The notes under the pieces: model-generated
The model's input: the letters and a program-made list of their open reading frames with translations, nothing else
Told to the model about the DNA's origin: nothing
Databases searched by the model: none
Part shown: positions 43,487 through 53,300 of the stretch, piece after piece
How the letters are laid out: each line of letters starts with the position of its first letter
How positions within the stretch are numbered: the stretch's first letter is position 1
Position numbers and translations under genes: made by a program
From: Gemmatimonadaceae bacterium
GTDB lineage: Bacteria > Gemmatimonadota > Gemmatimonadetes > Gemmatimonadales > Gemmatimonadaceae
DNA: 64,000 nucleotides
Direction: 5' to 3'
NCBI GenBank assembly: GCA_035701265.1
Contig: DASSNU010000015.1
Coordinates: forward strand, 8,393 to 72,392

Positions 43487-44530
43487 GTGACCGCAGACGA
43501 TCGCGGCGCGCCCACGCCGCAGGACGCGACGCGCGGCGCGCCCGGACGGATGTCCCCCGACGCGCAGGACGCGACGCCACGCACGGCGCCCGACCCGGCG
43601 GCGCTCGCCGCTTGGGATGCCACCACGGCGGTCAGCTGCCGCGGCGTGGTGAAGCGATTCTATCGATACGAGCACCGCACGCGCTCGCTCCGCGAGCTAT
43701 TCATCCGCGCCGTGCTGCGCCGCCCCATTCACGTCCGGCGCGCCGAGTTCACGCTGCGCGGGCTGGACCTCGCCGTGCATCGCGGGGAGGCGGTGGCGCT
43801 CATCGGACGGAACGGCTCCGGGAAGAGCACCGCGCTCCGGCTCATCGCCGGCATCTACGCGCCGTCGGAAGGGGTGATCGCCACACAGGGACGGTTGGCG
43901 GCGGTGATCGAGCTGGGGGTGGGATTCCACCCCGACCTCACGGGTCGCGAGAACGTGGTGATGTATGCCGCCGTCATGGGGTTCACCCGCGCCGAGATCG
44001 CCGCCCGCTACGACGACATCGTGGAATTCGCCGGGATCGGGAACTTCATCGACGAGCCGGTGAAGTACTATTCCTCGGGAATGCAGGCGCGGCTGGCGTT
44101 CGCGGTGGCCGCGTGCGTGCGCCCGGACATCCTGCTGCTGGACGAGGTGCTGGCGGTGGGGGACCAGTCGTTCCGCGAACGGTGCCTCACCCGCTTGCGC
44201 GAGTTCCTGGCGTCAGAGGGGACGCTTATCGTGGTGTCGCATGACCTGGACTCCATCCGGTCGCTGTGCACCCGTGCGGTGTGGCTGGACGCGGGGCAGG
44301 TGCTGATGGACGGCGGGGTGGAGGAGGTGCTCTCGGCGTACGAGCGAGAGATGGGGGGGGACGGCGCGGGAGGCGGAGGGGGCGAGAGCTCCGGCGCCCC
44401 TGGCGACGCTGCTGCGCCGGTGGGCGAAGGGGCGCACGCAGGGGGTGGGGGTGAGGACGAGACACGATTGTCCACAGACGTGACGGCTTCCGCACCCACT
44501 TCGACGGAGATCGAGCTACCACCTACATAG
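43487..44530 (+). CDS. ABC-2-type polysaccharide export ATPase (Wzt/TagH-like) with low-complexity termini
   Basis: Walker A is GRNGSGKST, the signature is YSSGMQARLAFAVA, and Walker B is ILLLDEVLAVGD. GTG start. The Gly/Ala/Glu-rich C-terminal tail has no recognisable carbohydrate-binding module. Confidence 0.88.
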   Translation: MTADDRGAPTPQDATRGAPGRMSPDAQDATPRTAPDPAALAAWDATTAVSCRGVVKRFYRYEHRTRSLRELFIRAVLRRPIHVRRAEFTLRGLDLAVHRGEAVALIGRNGSGKSTALRLIAGIYAPSEGVIATQGRLAAVIELGVGFHPDLTGRENVVMYAAVMGFTRAEIAARYDDIVEFAGIGNFIDEPVKYYSSGMQARLAFAVAACVRPDILLLDEVLAVGDQSFRERCLTRLREFLASEGTLIVVSHDLDSIRSLCTRAVWLDAGQVLMDGGVEEVLSAYEREMGGDGAGGGGGESSGAPGDAAAPVGEGAHAGGGGEDETRLSTDVTASAPTSTEIELPPT

Positions 44531-45026
44531 TACGAACCCGCCGGCCGGTACGTCCCTGCCGCTCCCCGCGGCGGTGTCATGGCCAGCTGCTAACTTCTCT
44601 TCGTTCTTCAAGTTCCACCCGCAGCCCGAGCTCAGCCGGCACCGCCAGATGTGCTCACACGGCGGGGCGCCCGCCTCTCCCGTTTCGGGTCCTCCGACGC
44701 CCGTTTTCCTCTCCGCACGAGGGAGCGATTCTTGCCCAACCGCATGTCCCGGTACTCCCGACGGGGAATGGATCCCGCTGCGGGGCGCGTGGCTCCGCTC
44801 GCGGTGGGCTCCCCGGAACCGACGCTGATGGGCCGTGGAGGCAGGGGCTGCTTCCGGTGGAGGAATGCAGAGGAATCCGCTCGTGGAACCTGGCGTGACG
44901 CAGCGCTACCCTTGGCTGTCTTTGTTGCGTGTATCCCGCGACAGTAAAAGGACTTCGCGGGCCGGCACGTCGCCCATCCCCACCTCGCCGGTGCGTCTGT
45001 CGCTCTCGGCGGACCACCTACCCTCG

Positions 45027-46265
45027 ATGCCGACCGCCATCGTCGACGTAGACGTCGAGCGCATTCCCGCCGAGCTCGTCGGGCTGGAGCGCTACGAGCG
45101 CGCGCTGGTACTGTTGCGCGTGCGCGGCCATCCCGTAGGACAGATGACACTGCCGGTGACGCATGGGCGCATCGACGGTGCCGCGATCCGGGACTACGCC
45201 CTGGACCGCGAGCGGTGGCCGCTGTGGGAGCGCTGGCTGCTGGAGCACATCGGCTGGGACCCCGTGAACGCGGCGAGCAACGCGCCGCGCGTGGCGACGG
45301 TAGTGATCATCACGCACGACCGCCCGGACGATCTGCAGCGCGCGCTGGAGGCGGTGCTGCGTCTGGAGCCCGACGGCGAGGCGCACGAGATCCTGGTGGT
45401 GGACAACTGTCCGTCCAGCGATGATACGCGCGCGCTGGTGGCCGGCTACCGCGGGGTGCGCTACGTGCGCGAGGACCGCCGGGGGGCGAGCGCGGCGCGC
45501 AACCGTGCGCTCAGCGAGGCGCGGCACGACATCGTGGCGTTCACCGATGATGATGCCGCCCCCGATCCCGGCTGGCTGCGTGCGCTCCTGCGCAACTTCG
45601 ACGACCCGCTGGTCTACTGTGCCACCGGGCTCACGATGCCGCTGGAGCTGGAGACGGACGCGCAGGAGGCCAGCGAGCGGTACACGCCGCACGGGCGCGG
45701 CTACTCGCGCATCGTCTTCTCCGGCTCGCGCTGCAATCCGTTGTCGGTGGGACAGGTGGGCGTCTCGCTCAACATGGCGCTGCGGCGCAGCGTGCTCGAG
45801 CACGTGGGCGCGTTCGACGAGCTGCTGGGTCCGGGGACGCCGTGCCGCTGCGGCGAGGACTACGATCTCTTCTCGCGCATCCTCGCCGCGGGTTACCGGA
45901 TCGTCTACGATCCCGCAGCGCTGAGCTGGCACCGCCATCGCCGGACGTGGGAGGAGTTGCACGACACCGTGTTCGGCTACGGGGTGGGCGTGTACGCGTG
46001 GTGGACGCGCAGCGTGCTGGTGGAGCGCGAGTGGAGCGCGATGCAGCACGCACTGCGCTGGTTCGTGCGCAAGCAGATGCCGACGCTCGCCCGCGCACTG
46101 CGCGCGCGCCGCCGCAGTCCGGTACCGGCCAGCCTGGTGTGGGCCGAGCTGCGAGGGTGCATGGCCGGTCCGTGGGCGTATCTCGCGTCGCGGCATCGGG
46201 CGCGTCGTGCGTCGCGCGCCGCGCGGGCGAATGCGCCCGCACCGGCAACGGAGCGTGCGGCATGA
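45027..46265 (+). CDS. GT2-family glycosyltransferase (paralog family A) with an extra N-terminal domain of about 90 aa
   Basis: Motifs: VATVVIITHDRPDDLQRAL, VVDNCPSSDDT, VAFTDDDAAPDPGW, PLELETDAQEASE and WHRHRRTWEEL. The N-terminal region IVDVDVERIPAELVGLERYERALVLLRVRGHPVGQMTLP resembles the linker region of the next gene. Confidence 0.8.
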   Translation: MPTAIVDVDVERIPAELVGLERYERALVLLRVRGHPVGQMTLPVTHGRIDGAAIRDYALDRERWPLWERWLLEHIGWDPVNAASNAPRVATVVIITHDRPDDLQRALEAVLRLEPDGEAHEILVVDNCPSSDDTRALVAGYRGVRYVREDRRGASAARNRALSEARHDIVAFTDDDAAPDPGWLRALLRNFDDPLVYCATGLTMPLELETDAQEASERYTPHGRGYSRIVFSGSRCNPLSVGQVGVSLNMALRRSVLEHVGAFDELLGPGTPCRCGEDYDLFSRILAAGYRIVYDPAALSWHRHRRTWEELHDTVFGYGVGVYAWWTRSVLVEREWSAMQHALRWFVRKQMPTLARALRARRRSPVPASLVWAELRGCMAGPWAYLASRHRARRASRAARANAPAPATERAA

Positions 46266-48901
46266 GCGAGCACGCCGCATTCGCGCCGCGCGTCTCGGTC
46301 ATCATCCCCACGCATGACCGGCGCGACACGCTGAGGCAGACGCTCCAGGCGCTCGCGAAGCAGGAGTTCCCGTTCGAGCGGATGGAGGTCGTGGTCGTGT
46401 GCGACGCGTGCAGCGATGGCACCGACCAGATGGTGCGCGAGTTTCAGGCGCCCTTCTCGCTCCGTCTGGTGCGCCAGCGCGCAGCCGGCGCGGGGGCGTC
46501 GCGCAACGCGGGAGTCGCAGCCAGCACGGGGGAGCTGCTGCTCTTTCTGGACGACGACGTGGAGCCTACGCCGGGGCTGGTGGCGGCGCACGTCCGCGCG
46601 CATGGTGCCGGGCGCGACCGCGTGGTGGTGGGACCGTACCCGCCGGTGGCGCCGGGACGGCTGTCGCTCTATCGCATCCAGATGCGCGAGTGGTGGGAGC
46701 GTCAGTTCCACACCATGCGCCAGCCGGGACATCGCTTCACCTACCGCGACGTGGTGAGCGGTAACCTGTCGCTCTCGCGGGAGCTGTTCACGCGCGTGGA
46801 AGGGTTCGACCCGGCCATCACGGGCGCGGGAGGGGAAGACTGGGAGCTGGGCGTTCGGCTGCTCGCCGCCGGCGCGGAGCTCACCTTCGCGCCCGACGCG
46901 CTGGCCGCGCACCACGAGCACTCCGACCTGGCGCGCTCCTTCGCGCGCACGCGGCAGGAGGGGCGCTCCGACGTGCGCATCGGGATGCGCCATCCGGCGC
47001 TGCGTCCGTCGCTCCCCCTCGGTGCGGTGCACGCGAACGAGCGCGCGGACGCGTTGCTGCGCTTCTTCGCCTTCGACGTCCCCCTCCTGGGCGGCATGAT
47101 CGCCACACTCCTGCGTCATGCGCTCACGCTGCTCGAGCGCGCGCGGTTGCGGCAGCTCTGGCGCGCGCTGAGCGGGGCGCTGCGCCGCTACTGGTACTGG
47201 CGCGGCGTGGCGGAGCGGATTCGCAGCGCCCGCGCGCTGCGTGCGTTCGTGGCGGAAGGAGCGGCCGCGCGCGTGGAAGAGCCGTTGCTGGAGCTGGACC
47301 TGCGCCACGGCGTTGAGGAAGCGGAGCGCGCGCTCGATGCGCAGCGCCCCGCGGGTGCCCGGCTCCGCTGCGGCGCGGTGGAGATCGGCGTCATTCCCGC
47401 GCTCCCCGCGGCGGAGCGTCTGCGCGGCGCGCACCTCCGCCCCGCGCTCGCCGCCATGGCACCGGCAACGCTCATCGCGCTGGCGGCCGACCGCGTGCTT
47501 CCTCCGGTACAGATCGCCGACGCGAGCAGCCCGCGCCCCGCCGCGGCGGTCGCCGGGGACGTGCTCCGGCCGGCGAAGGTGATCTCGGTGGAGATCACGC
47601 AGCCCATGCGCTCCGTACAGGATCTCACGCACTATCGCGCGTTGCGCGTGCTCGTGCGCCGCCACGGGATGCCGGTGGGGTGGGTGGAGCTTCCCGGAGA
47701 GCGCGCGATGGTCTCGGCCACCGAACTGCTGCAGGCGATCGTGCGCAGCTACGGATGGTATCTCGTGCCCGCATTGCTCGACCGTGCGCTCCCCGCGCCG
47801 GCGCGCGCGGGTGCCGCGGGGGGCGGGGAGCGCGGCGACGCGGTCCACGCCAGTGCGGTGCGCCACGAGGCTGGGGGAGCGCGGATCACGCCGACGGACA
47901 GCGCGGTCGTGCCGCGCATCACGGTGGCCGTATGTACGCGCGACCGCGCGGCGATGCTCCGGCGGTGCCTGCAAGCGCTCTCGACGCTCGACTATCCGTC
48001 GTACGAGCTGCTGGTGGTGGACAACGCCTCGCGCGATCCGGAGACGCGCGAGGTGGCACTCCAGTTCGGCGCGCGCTACGTTCGCGAGCATCGACCGGGG
48101 CTCGACTGGGCGCGCGCACGCGCCGTGCGCGAGGCGCGGACGCCGATCATCGCGTTCACCGATGACGACACGGTGGCCGACGCGGGGTGGCTCCGCGCCA
48201 TCGCGCGCGCGTTCGCCGACCCGTCGGTGGCGGCGGTGACGGGCCTCATCGCGCCGCTCGAGATGGAGACGCACGCGCAATGGCTGTTCGAGACCATCTA
48301 TGGCGGGATGACGCAACGGCTCACCCCCTGGCGCGTGCAGCGCCAGACGGTCACGCGCTGGCAGATGCTCTGGGCGAGCGCGTACGGCGTGGGCGCGAAC
48401 ATGTCCTTCCGCCGCGAGGTGTTCGACGCGGTGGGGACGTTCGATCCGGCGCTCGACGTGGGGACGCCGAGCGGTGGCGCGGGAGACATCGAGTTGCTGC
48501 ATCGCATCGTGGCCAGCGGGCGCGTGTTGCGGTACGAGCCGTCGGCGGTGGTGTGGCATCATCACCGCGCCACGATGGACGCGCTGCGGCGCCAACTGTT
48601 CGACAACGGCCGCAGCTTCCCGATCTATCTCATGACCTGCGCGCGTAACCGCACGCTTCCGGTGCACACGATCGCCTCGTTCGCGCTCCGCGAATGGATG
48701 GGGCGCTGGTTGCTGCGACGCATGGTGCGCCCGCGCGGGATGCCGCGTCGCATGGTGTGGGCCGAGCTGTGGGGGACGATGCTCAGCCCGGTGCTGTACG
48801 TCCGGACGCGCGCGCATGCCCGGCGCATCGCGCAGCTTCCCGACGAGGAGCCGGTCGTGGCGCGCGAGCCGGACGCGGCGGCGTCGCTCGCCGCGCGGTG
48901 A
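46262..48901 (+). CDS. Dual-domain GT2-GT2 glycosyltransferase (family B domain + N-terminal-domain/family A domain)
   Basis: Domain 1: VSVIIPTHDRRDTL...LLFLDDDVE...GGEDWELGVRLL. The linker contains VISVEITQPMRSVQDLTHYRALRVLVRRHGMPVGWVELP. Domain 2: ITVAVCTRDRAAML...VVDNASRDPET...IAFTDDDTVADAGW...PLEMETHAQ...WHHHRATMDAL. ATG 46262 overlaps the upstream stop. Confidence 0.82.
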   Translation: MSEHAAFAPRVSVIIPTHDRRDTLRQTLQALAKQEFPFERMEVVVVCDACSDGTDQMVREFQAPFSLRLVRQRAAGAGASRNAGVAASTGELLLFLDDDVEPTPGLVAAHVRAHGAGRDRVVVGPYPPVAPGRLSLYRIQMREWWERQFHTMRQPGHRFTYRDVVSGNLSLSRELFTRVEGFDPAITGAGGEDWELGVRLLAAGAELTFAPDALAAHHEHSDLARSFARTRQEGRSDVRIGMRHPALRPSLPLGAVHANERADALLRFFAFDVPLLGGMIATLLRHALTLLERARLRQLWRALSGALRRYWYWRGVAERIRSARALRAFVAEGAAARVEEPLLELDLRHGVEEAERALDAQRPAGARLRCGAVEIGVIPALPAAERLRGAHLRPALAAMAPATLIALAADRVLPPVQIADASSPRPAAAVAGDVLRPAKVISVEITQPMRSVQDLTHYRALRVLVRRHGMPVGWVELPGERAMVSATELLQAIVRSYGWYLVPALLDRALPAPARAGAAGGGERGDAVHASAVRHEAGGARITPTDSAVVPRITVAVCTRDRAAMLRRCLQALSTLDYPSYELLVVDNASRDPETREVALQFGARYVREHRPGLDWARARAVREARTPIIAFTDDDTVADAGWLRAIARAFADPSVAAVTGLIAPLEMETHAQWLFETIYGGMTQRLTPWRVQRQTVTRWQMLWASAYGVGANMSFRREVFDAVGTFDPALDVGTPSGGAGDIELLHRIVASGRVLRYEPSAVVWHHHRATMDALRRQLFDNGRSFPIYLMTCARNRTLPVHTIASFALREWMGRWLLRRMVRPRGMPRRMVWAELWGTMLSPVLYVRTRAHARRIAQLPDEEPVVAREPDAAASLAAR

Positions 48902-50307
48902 CCGCGCGCGCCGAGTCGGAGCCCGGCCGGCACCGCGCGGCCATCCTGCTCACGGCGGTCGCGCTCACCGCGCTCGCGCTCCGGCTGCTCGCCGCCTGGC
49001 ACGCCAACGCGCACCTGCCCGACGATCCGTCGCGGCTCACCGGCGACGAGACCAACTACGACGGGCTGGCCTACGCGCTCCTGCAGGGCGCGTTCTTCAC
49101 GTGGCCGGGACGCGCGCCGCTCTACCCTGCCCTCCTCGCTGGCGGATATCTCGCCTGGGACTACTCGTTCGCCGCCGTGCTGTATGCGCAGGCGGTGCTG
49201 GCAACCGCCGTCGTGCCGCTCACGTACCTGCTGGCGCGACGGTGCACGCTACGGCGCGCCGTGGCGCTCGGCGCGGCGGCCATCGTTGCCGTCCACCCCG
49301 CGCTCATCCGCCAGGTGACGCGCATCGACGCGGCGGTGCTCTTCACGCCGCTCCTGCTCTTCACCGTGCTGCTGCTCGAGCGCGCGCTCCGGCGGGAGCG
49401 CGCTGAACGCGCGCACGTTGCCGCCGGCGCGGCGCTGGGGCTCGCCGCGCTCTGCCAACCCACCGTGTTGTTCCTTCCCCTCGCGCTCCCCTTCGCCCTG
49501 CCGCGCACGCGAACGCGCCGAGCGCGATGGCGCGCGTGGGGTGCGATCACGGGCGTCATGCTGCTCACGATCGCGCCGTGGAGCTGGCACAACTGGCGGA
49601 CGTACCACCGCGTGCTGCCGGTGTCGGTCTCGATCGCCGCGCTCTGGCGCGGCAGCCCGGAGTTCGATGCGCTCACGCGGAAGGGGGAGACGATCGTGGA
49701 CGTCTTCGCCACCGCGCTCAACCCCGCGCGCAACGGCGGCCACGATCCGTTCACGGTGGATGGCGACCGATGGTTCACCGCGCGCGGCTGGCACTCCATT
49801 CGCGCGCACCCGCTGGCGTATGCCGGCTACGTGGCACGGAAGCCGGTGTATTTCTGGATGGGAAACCGTGCCGGCGATTGGCCGGGGAATCGCGTGTTCG
49901 ACGTGGCCGCGCTCTGGCGCGCGGAGGGGGCGTGGAAGGCGGTCGTGGACCTCGCCATCAGGATCCTTCCGTTGGCGGCGGTCGCCGCGCTCCTGGTGCT
50001 GCGCCGCCGCCTCGGTGAGCTCCGGCTGCTGCTCGTGGTGCTCGGCTACGCCACGGTGTATCATGCTCTGCTGTACGCCGAGGTGCGCGCGAGCGAGCCG
50101 TGGCATCCGTTGCTGGCGATCCTCGTCGCTGCGGCGATCGGCGAGCTGGCGGCACGGTACGCGCCGTCTCCGGCGCCGGCGCCGCGGCGGATCACCACGT
50201 ACGCCATGCGCCGGCTCGTCATCTCCGACGGCCACGACACGGTGGGCACATCGCACACGCTGCCGGCACAGGATCCGGATCGACCACCGAGCGCGGCACG
50301 GAGCTGA
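48898..50307 (+). CDS. GT-C fold membrane glycosyltransferase (ArnT/PMT_2-like, GT39/GT83 type)
   Basis: GTG 48898 overlaps the upstream stop (GTGA). The DE motif (GDETNYDGLAYALL) lies in the first loop. About 10 TM segments follow. Confidence 0.72.
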   Translation: MTARAESEPGRHRAAILLTAVALTALALRLLAAWHANAHLPDDPSRLTGDETNYDGLAYALLQGAFFTWPGRAPLYPALLAGGYLAWDYSFAAVLYAQAVLATAVVPLTYLLARRCTLRRAVALGAAAIVAVHPALIRQVTRIDAAVLFTPLLLFTVLLLERALRRERAERAHVAAGAALGLAALCQPTVLFLPLALPFALPRTRTRRARWRAWGAITGVMLLTIAPWSWHNWRTYHRVLPVSVSIAALWRGSPEFDALTRKGETIVDVFATALNPARNGGHDPFTVDGDRWFTARGWHSIRAHPLAYAGYVARKPVYFWMGNRAGDWPGNRVFDVAALWRAEGAWKAVVDLAIRILPLAAVAALLVLRRRLGELRLLLVVLGYATVYHALLYAEVRASEPWHPLLAILVAAAIGELAARYAPSPAPAPRRITTYAMRRLVISDGHDTVGTSHTLPAQDPDRPPSAARS

Positions 50308-50330
50308 CCGCGCGCGCCGCGCGACATCGC

Positions 50331-53300
50331 ATGCTCGTCTCGGTCATCATCCCCGTCCACGACACGGTGGACACGCTCCCCGACACGCTCGCGTCGCTCA
50401 TCGCGCAGCGGCATGCGTTGTGGGAGGCGATCGTGGTGGACGACGGCTCCACGCGCGACGTGGCAGCCGCGGTGGCACGCGCCGCTCCCGGTCCGGGCGA
50501 CGCGCGCATTCGCGTGGTGCGGCAGGAGCGCGCCGGGGTGAGCGCCGCGCGCAATCGCGGGATCGCCGACGCGCGCGGCGAATGGCTGCTCTTCCTCGAT
50601 GCCGACGATTGGATCGCCCCCGACGCGCTCGCGCACCTCGTCGCGGCCGTGGAAGGGGATCCCTCGCTGGATGCGGTGCACGCGGGGTGGGCGCGTGTGC
50701 TCCCCGATGGGACGCACACCGGCGTGCGCCACGCCGCGCTCGAGGGAGATCTCTTCCCTGAGCTGGCGCGCTACTGCGTGTTCGTCATTCATGCGTGTCT
50801 GGTGCGGCGCGCGGTGGTACAGCGTGTGGGCGGGTTCGACCCCGCGCTCCGCACCAACGAGGATTGGGACCTCTGGCAGCGCATCGCGCGCACGGGTGCG
50901 CGCTTCGGCGCGGTCCCGGAGGTGCTCGCGCTCTACCGCACGCGCGCCGGCTCCGCGTCGGCGGACAGAGCACGACTCCTTGCCGACGCGCTCACGGTGA
51001 TCGCGCGCGGACATGCGCCCGATCCGCGCGTCGCGGAGCCGGCGCCGGCGCACCGCGCCGGAGCGCCGCGCGGTGAGTGTTCCGACGCACAGCTCACCTA
51101 CGCCTGCTGGCCGCTCGCGCTCGCCATCGGGAGCGGCGCCGACGTGGCGCCCCTCCTCGCGCTCCTCCGCGACGTTGGCGCCACACCGGGGATCGATCCC
51201 GATCCGATGGTGCGCGTGTTCGTGGAAGCGGTGCCGCTCGCACGCGGTGCGCCGCCCTCGGCGTGGCCGGACATCTGGACGGACGTCGAGAGCGCGCTCG
51301 GCACCTGTCTCGACGCGCTGGAAGAGCGTACCGGCGCGCCGGAGCTCGCGCGCCGTCTGCACCGCGGCATCGAGACGGCAGTGCTGGATGACCGGCTGTG
51401 CGCGGTCGAGCGAGTACAGGCGCCGGACGACGCGGGAAAGCAGCGCGCGCCAGCATCCGCTCACGACGGCGAACGACCAGATGCAACAGCGCGCGGCGCG
51501 GCGTCGCTCGCGGCGTGGACGGCGGTGGGGCGGAGCGCGGGGGGGGTGCTGCAACTCGAGCATGGCGTGCCCGACGTCGTCGCGCCGCCGCGTGTGGAGC
51601 ATCTGCGCGTGCACGCGCGGCTGGGTGCGGACGCGGTGGGCACGATCTCGCTTCCGGTGTGTGACGGTGTGGTCCCCGCGCGCGTGCTGGGCGACGCGGT
51701 GGCCGCCGCGCACGCGTGGGAGCTGCTGCGTCTGCTGCGCTCGCGCTGGCGCGGAGAGCCCATCGCGGCCGCGGATCACGACACCGAGGGATGGGGCGAG
51801 CTGCTGCGCGACATCTGGGGGCTGCCGGCGCTCGCCATGGACGCGTTCTACGACGCGAGCGCCGCGGTGGACGCCGATACCACCGCGCCGGAATGCCCGG
51901 CGCCGGATGGCATCGCCACCGTGGAGGTGAGCGAGCCGGTCCCGGCGGTGGTGACCGATCGCGACATGCTGGTGGTGCGCGTCACGGTGGGCGGCGTGTC
52001 GACGGGTATGGTGGCGGTGCAACCCGCGGACGGACGCATCGCCCCGCACGCGCTGCGCGTAGCGATCACGATGGCCATGGGATACGAGCTGTGCATTGCC
52101 GCCGTGCGCGAAGTGTTGCTCGCGATGGGAACGGCGGGGGATGATACGGCGGGCAGCGAGACAGCGCATACACTGCGCGGCGCGCTGTCGCGCTCGGCCG
52201 CACGGTGCGAGGGCTCCGGCATGCGGGCGGGGCAGAGCGCTACGGTGCCTGGCCTGAGTGGGGAGCCGGACGCGCGCGGGCTCGTGCAGCCGCATGCGCG
52301 TGGGCTCCTGCTCGAGCGGCGCGACGCGATGGTCTTCGGCACGAGCGCGTCGCGCTGGGCGGCGCTCCCGGCGCGGAGCGCGGACGCGTTGCGCGAGAGC
52401 GCACGGGCGGCGGGAGAGCGCGTGGCAGCGGTGGACGCCGAGGGGCAGACAGGCGACGCACCCACCGCACCGGCGTGGGCGGTCTATCGCCCGGACGTGC
52501 TGCCCGACGCGCCCTCCATCACGACGGCGCAGAGCGCGGCGGCGGATGCGGCGGCGGGCGTCCTGTCGCCCGCGTCCGCCGCGGGCGCTCGCTCGAGCGA
52601 CATCGCACCGCGCGAGCACGCAGCGCAGGAGGCCGCGCGCGCGCCGTGGGGGCGTGCGTACTTCGAGCGCCTGTTCGCCACCAGCGAGGATCCGTGGAGC
52701 TACATCTCGCCGTACGAGCAGCGCAAGTACGAGCAGACGCTCTCGCTCCTTCCGCGCGGGCGGATCGCGCGCGCCCTCGAGCTGGCGTGCGCCGAAGGGC
52801 ACTTCACGGTGCAGCTCGCGCCGAGAGTGGCTCAGCTCGTGGCGGCGGACATCTCGAGCGTGGCACTCGAGCGCGCGAAGCTCGCATCCGAGCGCGCCGG
52901 GCTGGACAACGTGCGCTTCGAGCGCCTGGACTTCATGCGGGATCCGATCCCGGGACAGTGGGATCTCATCATCTGCAGCGAGGTGCTGTACTTCGCCGAC
53001 GATCCGGCGCAGTTGCAGCGCGTGGCGGATGCGCTCGCCCGTGCGCTCGCGCCGGGCGGAGTGCTCCTTGCGGCACACGCGAACCTGCGCGTGGATCAGC
53101 CGACCGACACCGGATTCGACTGGTCGCTTCCCTGCGGGGGGGAGACGATCGCGCGTACGCTCGCGAGCACTCCCGGGCTGGTGCTGGAGCGCGTGGTGCG
53201 CACGGATCTCTACCGCGTGCTCCGTCTGCGCCGCGTCCCGAGCGCCTTCACCTCACTCGGCCGTTCGCTCGTGCGCCTCGCGCCGGGGCGCATCGTGCAG